Source of the DNA: Desulfobulbaceae bacterium UBA2213 | Lineage (GTDB): Bacteria; Desulfobacterota; Desulfobulbia; Desulfobulbales; Desulfocapsaceae | DNA length: 37,323 nucleotides | Assembly: GCA_002327225.1 (NCBI GenBank) | Contig: DCUN01000086.1 | Coordinates: forward strand, 1 to 37,323 | Direction of reading: 5' to 3' | Shown here: piece after piece, positions 36,973 to 37,323 of the stretch | Layout: every line of letters starts with the position of its first letter | Numbering within the stretch: position 1 is the stretch's first letter | Translations under genes and position numbers: made by a program | The notes under the pieces: generated by a model | What the model was told of the DNA's origin: nothing | Database searches by the model: none | Seen by the model: the letters and a program-made list of their open reading frames with translations, nothing else

Positions 36973-37323
36973 GCCATCTCACAGTTCACACCTCTCCAAG
37001 ACCTGCACATGGTTTTAGAAGACCAAACCAAACAAAGATGCAACCCAATGACAGACGATGCATCTTGTGTCAATACTTACTAAAACACACTGATTATACC
37101 ACAACGGATCCTAGACTCCGCCTCGATAGTTATCGTTTATGCTATGCCATCGACATTGGCAATGTTTTTTTACAAACATGTTTTTTTACAAAGACAGAAA
37201 TTCAGGGATGAGGGCGAGTCAGGCGAGAAAAAACGAATTCGCCTTTCCCGGCTCACCTCCGGGAGAGTACCGCATCCACCTGCGCCTCGCTCACTTCATT
37301 GGTGATCACCACGCTGCCGATGG

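Noticed and set aside
37252-37323. A possible C-terminal end of a minus-strand gene (…IGSVVITNEVSEAQVDAVLSRR, stop at about 37252-37254) running in from beyond the window end.
   Set aside because: Only about 23 codons are visible. That is too little to call a CDS or a product, so I note it only as likely coding.

Overview
This is a 37.3-kb chromosomal window made up mostly of housekeeping genes. I count about 43 protein genes and two small RNA genes that the ORF track cannot show: tRNA-Val(GAC) and an SRP/4.5S RNA directly upstream of dnaX. I saw no rRNA, CRISPR array, transposase, integrase or phage genes.

The gene content is nrfHA nitrite reductase, a tetraheme cytochrome c3, split System II cytochrome c maturation genes resB/ccsA, a sigma54 two-component system and c-di-GMP parts, at roughly 50% GC. 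This suggests an anaerobic Desulfobacterota-like (Desulfobulbales-type) bacterium, but that is inference only.

Gene order:
- thrS (partial), tRNA-Val, recR-ybaB-dnaX, SRP RNA
- PilZ protein, tandem USP, M16 peptidase, SDR, lipoprotein, small orphan, rpmB
- resB-ccsA-cytochrome c3
- a long minus-strand run: glyS, FolE2-like, CheY-like receiver, GalT-like HIT enzyme, dksA, moaC, dnaJ, rpoZ, purA
- NapH-like polyferredoxin, tatB-tatC, GGDEF-EAL protein
- radical SAM, deaminase, duplicated zinc-ribbon protein, SPFH protein
- small orphan, nrfA-nrfH, then a divergent heme-c sensor kinase and sigma54-dependent response regulator

Most unusual items:
1. The tightly packed SPFH / zinc-ribbon / deaminase / radical SAM cluster (26917-31034). 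I cannot match it to a characterised system.
2. An A10 slippery run in dnaX at the position where gamma/tau recoding occurs in other bacteria.
3. A sigma54 -24/-12 element plus a tandem palindromic enhancer-like site in front of nrfHA, next to a sensor kinase with a periplasmic CxxCH motif.
4. A FolE2-family protein that seems to lack the family's catalytic Cys/His motifs.

CDS coordinates follow the ORF track and include the stop codon, with some start codons re-chosen by me. Motif, hairpin and RNA coordinates were counted by hand and may be off by 1-2 nt; near 18.7 kb my hand count differed from the ORF track by 1 nt. No database search or folding program was run.
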